Numbered from the stretch's first letter, positions 17,449 through 27,459 are shown. The stretch is DNA of 64,000 bases from Gemmatimonadales bacterium (GCA_035604455.1 DATNIM010000021.1:1730-65729), one strand, 5' to 3'. Numbers and translations: made by a program. Notes: generated from the sequence alone by a model not told the origin.

Positions 17449-19620
17449 TTGTCCGAGCAGATGGCCTCCGTGACGGCGCCCCTCGCGCCGCGGCTCCCTC
17501 CCCAGCCTTGGTGGCGGCACCCGGAAATCCGCGTTCGGCTGCTCGGCGCGGCCGCCCTGGTCCTCGCCTACCTGGCCGGCGTCGGCTACGGCTCATGGAC
17601 GCGCGTGTGCGCGGCCGAGCGGTGCCCCTCGATCTCGCGCCTGGTGAGCGGGCCGGGCCCCCAGCAGACCTCCAAGGTGTTCGCGGCCGACGGCCGCCTG
17701 ATCGCCGAGCTCGGTCTCGAACGGCGCACCGTGCTGCCCTTGGGCGAGATCCCGCCCGCCGTGCAGCAGGCCTTCATCGTCACCGAAGACAAGCGCTTCT
17801 ACTCGCATCACGGGATCGACTATTGGCGCATCTTCGGCGCCATCAAGGCCGACGTCTTTTCGATGAGCTGGGCCCAGGGGTTTTCCACGATCACGATGCA
17901 GCTCGCGCGCAACATCTTCCCCGAGGAGATCTCGCGGGAAAAGACGCTGACGCGCAAACTGAAAGAGGCGCGCGTCGCGCTCGAGATCGAGCACCACTTC
18001 CCGAAGGATTCGATCCTCCAGCTCTACTTGAATCAGATCGACCTCGGCGCGGGGGCGCACGGGGTCGAGGCCGCGGCGCAGGTGTATTTCGGCAAGTCCG
18101 CGCGCCAGTTGAACGTCGCCGAAGCCGCGACCCTCGCCGCGCTGCCCAAGGGGCCCGCCAAGTACGACCCCCGCACGCACCCCGATCGGGCGGTTCGGCG
18201 GCGCAACGCCGTACTCACGCTGATGCGCGATCAGGGGTACCTCACGCCCGCCGACGCGGAGCTCTGGAAAGCCTACCCCCTGCTCCTCACGACCACGCGC
18301 ACGAACTACGGCGACGTCGCGCCGTACTTCGTCGAATGGCTCCGACAGGATCTCGACAAGCGCTACGGTCGGGACCTCTACGAAGGGGGACTGCGCATCT
18401 ACACCACGCTCGATCTCGACATGCAGGACGCCGCTGAGCGGGCCGTCCAGGCGCAGCTCGACGCGATCGAGTCGGGGGTGTACTCGAGCGGCAAGGCCCC
18501 GGGCCGCGTGACCTATCGCGACTACATCGAGTCCGCCAAGGCGTCCGGGGAGGACCACGGACCGTTCACGCCCTACCTCCAGGGCGCGCTCGTCGCCATC
18601 GAGGCCAACACGGGCTACATCCGCGCGATGGTCGGGGGACGCGACTTCGACGACTCGAAGTTCAACCGGGCCACCCAGGCGATCCGGCAGCCCGGGTCCA
18701 CGTTCAAGCCGTTCGTGTACTCGACGGCCGTGCGGGCCGGTCATCCCGTCACGGAGATCCTCGACGATTCGCCGCTCAACCCGCCCGTGCTCCAGCTCGA
18801 CAGCACCCTGTGGCAGCCGAAGGACGACGACGACACCACGCTGGGCCTCATTCCCATGCGGGAAGCGCTCTACCTGTCGCGCAACCTCGCTACGATCAAG
18901 CTCGGGATGCAGCTCGGGGAGCAGGCGGTGATCGGCGAGGCCCGCCGCTACGGTCTCACGAGTCCCCTGCGGCCGTATCCGTCCCTGCACATCGGCGCGA
19001 ACGGCGTGATTCCGCTCGAGATGATTGCGGCCTACACGTCGTTCGCCACCCTCGGTACGCGGGCCGACCCGCAGGGGATTCTCCGGGTCGAGGACAGTCG
19101 CGGCACGATCCTCTGGCAGCCGGCCGTGCGGCGGGAGGAGGTCATGGACCCCGCGCACACGTGGCTCCTCGTCGACATGATGAAGGACGTGATCCGCCGC
19201 GGCACCGCGTTCAGCGCCGTCTGGAAGGCCGGGTTCACGCTGCCCGCAGCTGGGAAGACGGGGACGACCGACGACTACACGGACGCCTGGTTCATCGGCT
19301 ACACGCCGGAGCTCGTGGCCGGGGTGTGGATCGGCTACGATCTCCAGCAGCGGATCCTCGATCACAACGCCGGCGGAGGCCGGATCGCGGCACCGGCCTG
19401 GACGGAGTTCATGCGGGACGTCTACCAGCGGCGCCCGCCCCCCGCCGACTGGGCGCGCCCCGACTCTCTCGTGACGCGGGAAGTCGATTGGAGCAACGGG
19501 TACCTCGCCTCGCCCTACTGTCCGCTGGAAGTGCGCCACTGGGATTGGTTCTTCCCCGGCACGGAGCCGACGCTGGTATGCCCGGTGCACGCGCCCTTCG
19601 GCATCGGGGTGACCCCTTAG
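17449..19620 (+). CDS. Penicillin-binding protein 1A family (transglycosylase/transpeptidase)
   Basis: GT51 motifs: VTEDKRFYSHHGID, GFSTITMQLARN, RKLKEA. Transpeptidase motifs: SxxK (QPGSTFKPFVY), SRN, KTGTT. Confidence 0.93.
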   Translation: MSEQMASVTAPLAPRLPPQPWWRHPEIRVRLLGAAALVLAYLAGVGYGSWTRVCAAERCPSISRLVSGPGPQQTSKVFAADGRLIAELGLERRTVLPLGEIPPAVQQAFIVTEDKRFYSHHGIDYWRIFGAIKADVFSMSWAQGFSTITMQLARNIFPEEISREKTLTRKLKEARVALEIEHHFPKDSILQLYLNQIDLGAGAHGVEAAAQVYFGKSARQLNVAEAATLAALPKGPAKYDPRTHPDRAVRRRNAVLTLMRDQGYLTPADAELWKAYPLLLTTTRTNYGDVAPYFVEWLRQDLDKRYGRDLYEGGLRIYTTLDLDMQDAAERAVQAQLDAIESGVYSSGKAPGRVTYRDYIESAKASGEDHGPFTPYLQGALVAIEANTGYIRAMVGGRDFDDSKFNRATQAIRQPGSTFKPFVYSTAVRAGHPVTEILDDSPLNPPVLQLDSTLWQPKDDDDTTLGLIPMREALYLSRNLATIKLGMQLGEQAVIGEARRYGLTSPLRPYPSLHIGANGVIPLEMIAAYTSFATLGTRADPQGILRVEDSRGTILWQPAVRREEVMDPAHTWLLVDMMKDVIRRGTAFSAVWKAGFTLPAAGKTGTTDDYTDAWFIGYTPELVAGVWIGYDLQQRILDHNAGGGRIAAPAWTEFMRDVYQRRPPPADWARPDSLVTREVDWSNGYLASPYCPLEVRHWDWFFPGTEPTLVCPVHAPFGIGVTP

Positions 19621-19622
19621 GC

Positions 19623-20804
19623 GTGCTGCGGCTCGAGGCCGGAGTCGTTCATCCGGTCACGGCGCCGCGGATCGCTCACGGCGCCGTGCTGGTCGACGAG
19701 ACGGGCCGCATTGCCGCCATCGGCCCCGATGCTCTCGTGCCCCGCCCACCTGGGGCCCGGACGTTCGCGTTTCCCGGGGGTCTCCTCGTCCCCGGCCTCG
19801 TCAACTGCCACACGCATCTCGAACTGACTGAGCTCGCGGGGCGCGTGCCGCCGCTTGCGTTCCCCGCCTGGATCCGCTCGGTCCGCGCGGCGAAGGACGC
19901 GACGCCTCCGGAGGCGTTCGCGCGGGCAGCACAGCAGGGGCTGCGGGACTGCTGGGCGGCTGGGGTCACGTGTATCGCCGACACCGGGAGCACGGGCGCC
20001 GCCCTGGACGCGCTCCACGCCCTCGGCGGGCGAGGGGTTGGCTATCAGGAGGTGTTCGGCCCCGCCACGAGCCAAGTCGCGTCGAGTCTCGCCGAGCTCG
20101 AACGGACGCTGGACTACGCTCGCCCCGCGACCTCGGCCCGCGTCCGGCTCGGCGTGTCGCCGCACGCTCCGTACACCGTGAGCGCGCCGCTCTACCGGGC
20201 GGTCGCTGCGCTCGCACGACGCGAGGGCCTGCCGACCGCCGTCCACATCGCCGAATCGCCCGACGAATCCGCATTCGTCCACGATGGTCGCGGCCCGTTC
20301 GCCGATGCGTGGCAGGGGCGCGGCATCGCCGTCGAGCCGCATCACCTCTCCCCGGTGGGGTACCTCGCCGCTCTTGACGTGCTCGATGCCACGGTCTTGT
20401 GTATCCATTGCGTCCAGCTCGACGCGACCGATATCGACACGCTCCGCCGGACCGGCGTCGCGATCGCCCACTGTCCCCGCTCGAACCGCGCCCACGGCCA
20501 CGGGGTGGCCCCGCTCGCCGCGCTCCGGGCGGCGGGTATCCGCGTGGGCCTGGGCACGGACTCGGTGGTGAGCGCGGGCGATGTCGAACTCGCCGCGGAG
20601 GCGTCGGCCGCGGGACTCGGCGGAGACGACGCGCTCCGCATGCTGACCCTCGAGGGCGCCCGCGCGCTCGGGTGGGACGACCGGATCGGCTCGCTCGAGG
20701 TCGGCAAGGAGGCGGACCTCGCCGTTTTCCCGCTCGCCCCCTCGGAGGCGGTCGGGCGCGAGGCCGTGCTCACCGTCGTCGCCGGGCGGGTGGTGCACGG
20801 CTAG
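19623..20804 (+). CDS. Amidohydrolase family protein (chlorohydrolase / nucleoside deaminase-like)
   Basis: GTG at 19623, 2 nt after the PBP stop. GLVNCHTHLELT (HxH metal site), VHIAES, GLGTDS, KEADLAVF. Confidence 0.8.
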   Translation: MLRLEAGVVHPVTAPRIAHGAVLVDETGRIAAIGPDALVPRPPGARTFAFPGGLLVPGLVNCHTHLELTELAGRVPPLAFPAWIRSVRAAKDATPPEAFARAAQQGLRDCWAAGVTCIADTGSTGAALDALHALGGRGVGYQEVFGPATSQVASSLAELERTLDYARPATSARVRLGVSPHAPYTVSAPLYRAVAALARREGLPTAVHIAESPDESAFVHDGRGPFADAWQGRGIAVEPHHLSPVGYLAALDVLDATVLCIHCVQLDATDIDTLRRTGVAIAHCPRSNRAHGHGVAPLAALRAAGIRVGLGTDSVVSAGDVELAAEASAAGLGGDDALRMLTLEGARALGWDDRIGSLEVGKEADLAVFPLAPSEAVGREAVLTVVAGRVVHG

Positions 20805-20813
20805 ATTCCCGGC

Positions 20814-21266
20814 GTGAAGACGCAGCGACACGCCGCCCTCCTGAAAATCGTCCGCCAGCAGCACGTCGCGAGCCAGGAACAGCTCCGCGCCCTCCTGCGC
20901 GAGGAGGGCTTCGAAGTGACCCAGGCCACGCTCTCCCGCGACATCCGTGAGCTGCGGCTCGGCAAGGTGGCGACCCCGGATGGTGCATCGCGGTACGCAC
21001 CGCCCTCCGACGCGGGCGTCCGGCCGCCGCTCGACAAGGTGGTGCCGGCGCTGCTCGTCTCCGTGGACGGCGTCGGCCCGCTGATCGTCGTGAAGACCCC
21101 GGCCGGTGGAGCACAAGCGCTGGGGATCGCGCTGGACGGCGCCGGATGGCCCGAGGTCATCGGCACGATCGCCGGGGACGACGCGGTGCTCGTGATCACG
21201 CGCAGCGAACGCGGCCGCCGCACGGTGCAGGCGCGGTTGAGTGAGCTCGGAGGACTCACACCCTGA
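20814..21266 (+). CDS. argR: Arginine repressor ArgR
   Basis: RHAALLKIVRQQHVASQEQLRALLREEGFEVTQATLSRDIRELRL (winged helix) plus C-terminal GTIAGDDAVLVI. Confidence 0.9.
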   Translation: MKTQRHAALLKIVRQQHVASQEQLRALLREEGFEVTQATLSRDIRELRLGKVATPDGASRYAPPSDAGVRPPLDKVVPALLVSVDGVGPLIVVKTPAGGAQALGIALDGAGWPEVIGTIAGDDAVLVITRSERGRRTVQARLSELGGLTP

Positions 21267-21280
21267 CCTGACCGAGGCCG

Positions 21281-21336
21281 TTGACACGCGGCCCGGGCGC
21301 TGTATGTTTATGCATCTCTCTGCATAAAAGGTGCAG
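21281..21336 (+). promoter_or_regulatory. Putative sigma70-type promoter with overlapping palindromic ArgR operator upstream of argG
   Basis: TTGACA (21281-86), N16, TATGTT (21303-08). Perfect inverted repeat TTTATGCA-N6-TGCATAAA (21307-21328), plus overlapping CTGCA-N7-TGCAG (21320-21336). AT-rich island in GC-rich DNA, 8 nt before the argG ATG and directly downstream of argR. Confidence 0.55.
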
Positions 21337-21343
21337 GCGTCTG

Positions 21344-22576
21344 ATGACAGGGCCGTTCGTCGTACTGGCCTACTCGGGTGGCCTGGATACTTCTGCGATC
21401 GTGCCCTGGCTCCGTGAACGCTACGGTTCCAGGGTCTTGTGTTTCGCGGCGGATCTCGGGCAGGGCGTGGGCGAGCTCGGGGACTTGGTCGAGAAGGCCA
21501 AGCGCTCGGGTGCGGTCGATTGCGTCGTCGAGGACCTCCGCGAAGAGTTCGTCCGCGACTTTGTGTTTCCCACGCTGCGCGCGGGCGCGGTCTATGCGCG
21601 AACGTATCTCCTCGGCACCGCGATGGCGCGGCCGCTCACGGCCGCGCGACAGGTCGCGGTGGCCCGCCGGGCGGGCGCTCAGGCGCTCGCGCACGGGTGT
21701 ACCGGGAAGGGCAACGATCAGGTCCGCTTCGAGCTGAGCTACGCCGCTTTGGCGCCGGATCTCCAGGTGATCGCGCCCTGGCGGGAATGGGACTTCAAGA
21801 GCCGCGAGGAGCTCATCGCCTTCGTGAAGTCCCGCGGCGTGCCCGTCACGGCGACGGCCGAGAAGCCGTACTCGACCGACCGCAATCTGTGGCACTGCTC
21901 GCACGAAGGTGGGATCCTCGAGGACCCCGCTCAGGAAGCGCCTCCCCACATTTTCGTGATGACGACCGACCCCCAGGCGGCGTCCGACCGACCGGTCACG
22001 GTGGCGATCGATTTCGAGGCCGGGACACCGGTCGCGGTCGATCACGTGCCGCTCGGGCCGGTCGAGCTCCTGGACACGCTGAATGCGATGGCCGGGGAAG
22101 CGGGCGTCGGGCGGGCGGACGTCGTCGAGGATCGCCTTGTGGGCATGAAGTCGCGCGGGGTCTACGAAACGCCGGGCGGCACGCTGCTCCACGCGGCGCA
22201 CCGCGAGATCGAACAGCTCGTTCTCGACCGCCGCACCCTGCGGATCAAGGACACCCTCGCCCTCGACTACGCGGATCTCGTCTACGATGGGCGGTGGTGG
22301 ACGCCCGAGCGCGAAGCCCTCGATGCCCTCGTCACGGTCACTCAGCGACACGTGACCGGGACGGTGCGCCTCAAGCTGTACAAGGGCAGCGTCACCGTGG
22401 CGGGTCGCGAGAGTCCCTACGCGCTCTACCAGCCGTCCTACGCGACGTTCGGAAAGGACAACGTGTACAACCAAAAAGACGCGGAAGGGTTCATCCACCT
22501 CTACGGTCTCGCCATCAAGATCGGCGCGGGGCTCGCCGCCGCGCGCCAGCGCGAAGTCGGGGCCGTCGCAGACTGA
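21344..22576 (+). CDS. argG: Argininosuccinate synthase
   Basis: [17 protein letters not shown]..., [32 protein letters not shown] 21344 is an internal Met of track ORF 21281..22576. Confidence 0.95.
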   Translation: MTGPFVVLAYSGGLDTSAIVPWLRERYGSRVLCFAADLGQGVGELGDLVEKAKRSGAVDCVVEDLREEFVRDFVFPTLRAGAVYARTYLLGTAMARPLTAARQVAVARRAGAQALAHGCTGKGNDQVRFELSYAALAPDLQVIAPWREWDFKSREELIAFVKSRGVPVTATAEKPYSTDRNLWHCSHEGGILEDPAQEAPPHIFVMTTDPQAASDRPVTVAIDFEAGTPVAVDHVPLGPVELLDTLNAMAGEAGVGRADVVEDRLVGMKSRGVYETPGGTLLHAAHREIEQLVLDRRTLRIKDTLALDYADLVYDGRWWTPEREALDALVTVTQRHVTGTVRLKLYKGSVTVAGRESPYALYQPSYATFGKDNVYNQKDAEGFIHLYGLAIKIGAGLAAARQREVGAVAD

Positions 22577-23982
22577 TGACCACGCACCCTACCGAGACCG
22601 CGCCCCACCAGATGTGGGGTGGCCGGTTCACCGTCGGCGCGAGCGAAGCCCTGGACGCTCTGAATCGCAGCCTTCCCGTTGACCACCGCCTGTGGCCGCA
22701 GGACGTCGCGGCAAGCAAGGCGTGGGTGCATGCCCTGGGCCGCGTCGGAGTGCTCGGCCCGGCCGAGGAGACCCTGCTCCTTGACGGGCTCGATCGCGTG
22801 GCCGAGCGACTGGCCGACGGCGCGGCTGTTGGAGCCCCGGACGAAGACGTGCATACGCTGGTCGAGCGGCTCCTCTACGAAGAAGTCGGTGCGGTCGCGG
22901 GGAAGCTCCATACCGGCAGATCCCGGAACGACCAGGTCGCGACCGATCTGCGCCTGTGGACCCTCGCCGCGATGGACCGGTTGGATGAGGACATCGCGGC
23001 CTTCGGCCGGGCCATCACGGCGCGCGCGCGGGCAGGGATCGATGATTTCCTTCCGGGCTACACCCATGGACAGCGGGCGCAGCCGGTGCGCTGGGCCTAC
23101 GTGCTCCTCGCCCACGTATGGCCGCTCGTGCGCGACCGGCAGCGGTTCGCCGATGCACGCCGCCGAGTGGCGGAATTGCCGCTCGGGTCCGGGGCCCTCG
23201 CCGGGTCGGGGTTCCCCGTGGACCGGGTGCTCTTGAAGGAGGCCCTCGGGTTTCGGACCGTCTCAGCGAACGCCCTGGACGTGACGGGTGACCGGGACTT
23301 CGTCGCCGAGGTGCTGTTCACCCTCACGTTGCTCGGCACGCATCTCTCGCGGTTCGCCGCCGAGATCGTCCAATACGCGAGCGCGGAGTTCGGCTTCGTG
23401 AAGCTCGCCGACGAGTTCAGTACGGGGTCGAGCCTCCTTCCCCAGAAGCGCAATCCGGACGTCTTCGAGCTGGCGCGCGCCAAATCCGCGCGTTTGCTCG
23501 GGGACTTAGTGGCGCTGCTTGCGACCTTGAAGGGGTTGCCGGCGGGTTACAGCAAGGACCTGCAGGAAGACAAGGCGCTCCTGTTCGATGCCTTCGACAC
23601 GCTGAGCCTCGTGCTCCCGGCGCTCACCGGGGCCGTGTCCACTTGGACGACCGACCGCGATCGGATGCACCGGGCGCTCGACGCGTCGCTCCGCGCCACG
23701 GACCTCGCCGATCTCCTCGTGGAGGGCGGTGTGCCGTTCCGTGAGAGCCACGGGCTCGTCGGTCGCCTCGTCCGGGAGGCCGAACGCGCGGGGGTGCCGC
23801 TGGACCGCGTGGCCCCGGCGGTGGCGGGGCAGATCCATCCCGCGCTGGCCGCGGCCCTGTCGCAACTCGGCACGTGGGAGGACTCGATCGAGGGCCGCGC
23901 CACGCCGGGGGGCTCCTCGCGCGCGTCGGTCGAGGACCAACTCGACGAACTGCGGAAGGCCCTCGCTCCCGCGATCCCTTGA
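22576..23982 (+). CDS. argH: Argininosuccinate lyase
   Basis: MWGGRFTVGASEALDALNRSL, TGRSRNDQVATDLRLW, GYTHGQRAQP, GSSLLPQKRNPD (fumarate-lyase signature). The ATG overlaps the argG TGA by 1 nt. Confidence 0.95.
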   Translation: MTTHPTETAPHQMWGGRFTVGASEALDALNRSLPVDHRLWPQDVAASKAWVHALGRVGVLGPAEETLLLDGLDRVAERLADGAAVGAPDEDVHTLVERLLYEEVGAVAGKLHTGRSRNDQVATDLRLWTLAAMDRLDEDIAAFGRAITARARAGIDDFLPGYTHGQRAQPVRWAYVLLAHVWPLVRDRQRFADARRRVAELPLGSGALAGSGFPVDRVLLKEALGFRTVSANALDVTGDRDFVAEVLFTLTLLGTHLSRFAAEIVQYASAEFGFVKLADEFSTGSSLLPQKRNPDVFELARAKSARLLGDLVALLATLKGLPAGYSKDLQEDKALLFDAFDTLSLVLPALTGAVSTWTTDRDRMHRALDASLRATDLADLLVEGGVPFRESHGLVGRLVREAERAGVPLDRVAPAVAGQIHPALAAALSQLGTWEDSIEGRATPGGSSRASVEDQLDELRKALAPAIP

Positions 23983-24134
23983 AGCCCGGCGGGGCCCTGT
24001 GCGCCACGAGTCGATTGTGGACGCGCACCCACCCCGCAACCGCCCGTCTTGCCGTGTCTTAGCCGCCTAGGTAGCATACGTGGCCGCCGCCCCCGCCCCG
24101 GGTCGGCGACCGCGCTTCTCTTCGGAGACCGACC

Positions 24135-24683
24135 GTGCGCTGCCTCGCCTTGAACGCGTCGTTTGAGCCCCTGACCATGGTGCCCGTGCGGCGGGCGCTC
24201 CGCTTGGTGATTGACCGCAAGGCGGAGATCGTCGAGGCGGACGGGTCGGTCGTTCACAGCGAGCGGCTCCAGCTTCCCCGGCCGGCCGTCATCCGGCTCG
24301 TCAAGTTCGTCCACGTGCCGCGCCGGTTCCGGCGCCAGGTAACCAATACGTTTCTCTTCGCCCGGGACAACTACGGGTGCCAGTTCTGCGGACGGACCCA
24401 GCACGCGCTCCGTCCGCGTGAGTGCCTTACGCGCGATCATCTGGTGCCGCTCTCCCGCGGTGGCACGAACTCGTGGGCCAACGTGGTGACGGCCTGCTCG
24501 TCCTGCAACACTCGCAAAGGCAACCTCCTCCCCGAAGAGGCCGGGATGCACCCGCTGCGGCCGCCGGTCGAGCCGCATTTCGTGCACTTGGCGTGGGCGG
24601 TGCGGCGGCTCACGACGATCCAGTCCCGCTACATCCGTCTCTTCTACGGCGCGGACGTGCTGGCGACCCTCGAGGCCTTGTGA
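24135..24683 (+). CDS. HNH endonuclease family protein
   Basis: CQFCGRT...LTRDHLVPLSRGGTNSWANVVTACSSCNTRKGN carries the HNH/zinc-finger core. Confidence 0.85.
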   Translation: MRCLALNASFEPLTMVPVRRALRLVIDRKAEIVEADGSVVHSERLQLPRPAVIRLVKFVHVPRRFRRQVTNTFLFARDNYGCQFCGRTQHALRPRECLTRDHLVPLSRGGTNSWANVVTACSSCNTRKGNLLPEEAGMHPLRPPVEPHFVHLAWAVRRLTTIQSRYIRLFYGADVLATLEAL

Positions 24684-25081
24684 AGCCGGTCGTTCCCTGG
24701 GCGGTGGCGGGCGTGGCGGTGGTGGGGCTGGCGGTGGTGCTCTTGCGGCCGGCGCAGAGTTCGGGCGCGACCCACCCCGCGCCGCGGCCCGGGATCACGG
24801 CCGCCGGAGTCCTGCCAGCGTCGCTCGTGCCCAACGAGCCGGGAGCTTCTGAGGCGTACGCCGCCGCACGCCGGGTCCCGCAGGTGCTTGACGGTCTCTA
24901 CTGCCACTGCCATTGCAGCAAGTCCTTCGGTCACCGGTCGCTCTTGACGTGCTTTGAGTCCGAGCACGGCGCGCGCTGCGACATCTGCATGGGGGAAGCG
25001 ACGCTTGCGGACCAGATGGCGGCGCGTGGAGCGTCCCTAGCCGACATCCGCAAGGCGATCGACGCGCAGTTCGGCAGCTAG
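24680..25081 (+). CDS. Membrane-anchored CxCxC (PCYCGC-type) motif protein
   Basis: GTG at 24680 (GTGA overlap with the HNH stop). N-terminal TM helix, then VLDGLYCHCHCSKSFGHRSLLTCFESEHGARCDICMGEA, which resembles the PCYCGC-family pattern. Confidence 0.6.
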   Translation: MKPVVPWAVAGVAVVGLAVVLLRPAQSSGATHPAPRPGITAAGVLPASLVPNEPGASEAYAAARRVPQVLDGLYCHCHCSKSFGHRSLLTCFESEHGARCDICMGEATLADQMAARGASLADIRKAIDAQFGS

Positions 25082-25704
25082 TTCCCTGGTCCCACGCGGA
25101 AGGGCTCGGAGCGCGCCTCGAGGCTGAGGCGCGGAAGGCCGGCGATGCGCACGAGCACGCGCTGTGCCCCCCGCACGATGGCGTCGCCCAAGTCCCCGCC
25201 GCCCTTGACCGCCGGGGCCACCTCGCCCTTGAGCCACGCCTCGATTTCCGCGAGATCCGTCTCGCTCAGCGTCGTGACGTCGAGCCGGCAGATGTAGTAG
25301 TACCGCCCCGGACCGCTCGGCGTGAGGGTCACCTTGTAAGGCACCGTGATCACCCGTTCGAGCGCCTCAGGGGTCGACGCGTGCATCGTGGCACCCCCGC
25401 TCCGGACGAGGACGAAGTCGTCGGCGAGCGGGTCGTAATGCGCCACAGCATCCCACCCCGCCTCCCGCACGTGCGCGTCAAACCAGTTCGATACGCTCCG
25501 CCACAACTCGAGTCGGTAATGAAGCCGCAGCGGCAGCCCGGCTCGCATGAGACTCACGAACTGCCCGTTCTCGAGCAGGTTGGTCACTTGGATGCGCGGC
25601 ACGCCGGTTTGGACGAGGATCGAGAGCGCGGGAGCGCTCTGCTGCGCCGGACTGGGCGCCGCCGTGCCGGTGAGGAGGGTGAGAACGGCCAGGCCGCGCC
25701 ACAC
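25078..25704 (-). CDS. Secreted DUF4390-like protein (tentative)
   Basis: Signal-like N-terminus MWRGLAVLTLLTGTAAPSPAQQ. The GTG directly follows the upstream TGA. Last gene of the NtrY/X-like operon. The family call comes from context and size recollection only. Confidence 0.5.
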   Translation of the reverse strand: MWRGLAVLTLLTGTAAPSPAQQSAPALSILVQTGVPRIQVTNLLENGQFVSLMRAGLPLRLHYRLELWRSVSNWFDAHVREAGWDAVAHYDPLADDFVLVRSGGATMHASTPEALERVITVPYKVTLTPSGPGRYYYICRLDVTTLSETDLAEIEAWLKGEVAPAVKGGGDLGDAIVRGAQRVLVRIAGLPRLSLEARSEPFRVGPGN

Positions 25705-27459
25705 TCAGAAGCGGTGGTCGAGGCGCACGGTGATGCGGAATGGCTCGCCCGCGGTGACCCCCTTCGCCAGGTAAATCCCGAACCCGCTCCAGTCGATGCC
25801 CAACCCCAGGTCCGCGAGCCAGCTCCCCAACGCCGGCAGCCGGTCGCCGGGCAGGCGGCCGGGCCCGGTCCCCACGAGCCACGCCTGACCCCCGTCGCCG
25901 AAGACCACGAGGTCCGGGCCGAGCAGCGTGAAGAGCGATTTGGCGAGCTCGTTTTCCGGGTGCGCGCTCTGGTAGGACCAGTGGAGGGACAGGTGCCCCC
26001 GATACTCGACTTGCGTGACGATCACCCGGTCGCAGGCCGCGACCGATGTGTTGTCGAACACCGGGGCGGTGATGTCGGAGTTGCACGCGCTCTCGCGGAA
26101 GCCGTAACCCGGCAGGGGATCCGCGCCCCCGAGCGAGAGACGCTGTTGCAGCGGCAGCGGGTCGCCGCCGAGCCAGCCCGACGCGAAGAGCCGGAGGTTC
26201 ACGCGCCCGGTCGGGCTGATCCGCGTATACCGGCGCACATCGAGCATGAACCGCGTGAACTCGTAAGACCCGTCGGTCGGGATCGGGGCTCGCACCCCGA
26301 CCGGTAGGAGCTGCGGGGTCACATCTCCGCTCCAGCCGTTGTCGACGTGCGTGGTCAGGAGCCACCCGACGGTGGGCTGATCGGGGTCGTTCCGCGTGTC
26401 GAACGTCACCGTCGCTCTGAGGGTCGTGTAGTGCCCGGCGTCGATCGGCGGGTTCAAGCGCCACGCCCCGCTGTAGCGGATCACGCTCCAGGGGTCGCGC
26501 GTGTCGACGCTCGTTTCCCAGTCGCGCCGCACATCAAGCGACAGGGTGAGGGGTGCCACGGGCTGGACGTATAGGCCACCTTGCCCGCCCCGGGTGAAGT
26601 AGTAATCGCGATAGTCGCGCTGGAAGAGAAACGCAGCCCATCCGACCTCGGCGTCGTGCAGCCCCCAGTCCTCGATCGGCGCCACGACGCTGCTGGCCCC
26701 GAGCCGCACGCCGAACGCCGGCGCGTCCCGGGGCGTCGAGCGGAGGTCGACGTTGACGAGATAGCCCAGGTCGCCAGGCTCCCCGCCCACACTCCCCACC
26801 GAGCGCGCGAGCCCGAGAATGTCCACGCGAAGGCGGGGGCCTGACGCGAACTGCCACTCCGACTGCGGTCCGAAGACGATCGGCAGCCCTTCGACCCGAT
26901 TGAACGTGCCCGCGGTCGCGACCGTCAACGTCGAGCGCGCTTCGGTGCCCTCCCAGGTTTTGTGCGCCCCGAGGAAGGGGAACAGGGCCTTCGGGTTCTG
27001 TGTGAGCGCGATCAGATCCCCGTCCGTGCGGTAGCTCAGGGGCTCCCGGTAGACGGCCACGCGCCCGCCGACCCGCGCCCCCGGCGCGCGGGCGAACGTC
27101 CCGCCGATCACGATCACGTCCCCCGTGACCTCGGCCGTTTCCTCGAGGGTCGCGTCGCCGTTGATCACGAGGAGGGTGCCGGTGATGCGGCCGGCAAGCG
27201 TGATGGCGCCGGTCCGTACCCCGACGTCGCCCTGCCAGCCGTTCCCCGCCGGCACGCGCGTGCGGCCCACGAGCCGGGTGGTCGTGGGGGCGTTGAACAG
27301 CCGGACCGCGTCGGCGGCGACGTCCCGAGGGAGGTCCCGCGATTCATCGACGACGCTGCTCTCGGGGTGAATGACGATCACCGTGTCCTGCGCCTCGCCG
27401 CGCGCCACGGCGGCGAGGCCAAGGGCGAGGACGGCGGCGAGCGGTCGGAGACCAGTCAT
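25705..27459 (-). CDS. Outer membrane protein: beta-helix (bactofilin-like) repeat N-domain plus Omp85/BamA-type surface-antigen barrel
   Basis: Signal peptide: LAAVLALGLAAVARGEAQ. Repeats: GDVGVRTGAITLAGRITGTLLVINGDATLEETAEVTGDVIVIGG. C-terminal barrel motifs: LSLGGADPLPGYGF, VVFGDGGQAW, terminal ...RITVRLDHRF. Confidence 0.7.
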   Translation of the reverse strand: MTGLRPLAAVLALGLAAVARGEAQDTVIVIHPESSVVDESRDLPRDVAADAVRLFNAPTTTRLVGRTRVPAGNGWQGDVGVRTGAITLAGRITGTLLVINGDATLEETAEVTGDVIVIGGTFARAPGARVGGRVAVYREPLSYRTDGDLIALTQNPKALFPFLGAHKTWEGTEARSTLTVATAGTFNRVEGLPIVFGPQSEWQFASGPRLRVDILGLARSVGSVGGEPGDLGYLVNVDLRSTPRDAPAFGVRLGASSVVAPIEDWGLHDAEVGWAAFLFQRDYRDYYFTRGGQGGLYVQPVAPLTLSLDVRRDWETSVDTRDPWSVIRYSGAWRLNPPIDAGHYTTLRATVTFDTRNDPDQPTVGWLLTTHVDNGWSGDVTPQLLPVGVRAPIPTDGSYEFTRFMLDVRRYTRISPTGRVNLRLFASGWLGGDPLPLQQRLSLGGADPLPGYGFRESACNSDITAPVFDNTSVAACDRVIVTQVEYRGHLSLHWSYQSAHPENELAKSLFTLLGPDLVVFGDGGQAWLVGTGPGRLPGDRLPALGSWLADLGLGIDWSGFGIYLAKGVTAGEPFRITVRLDHRF

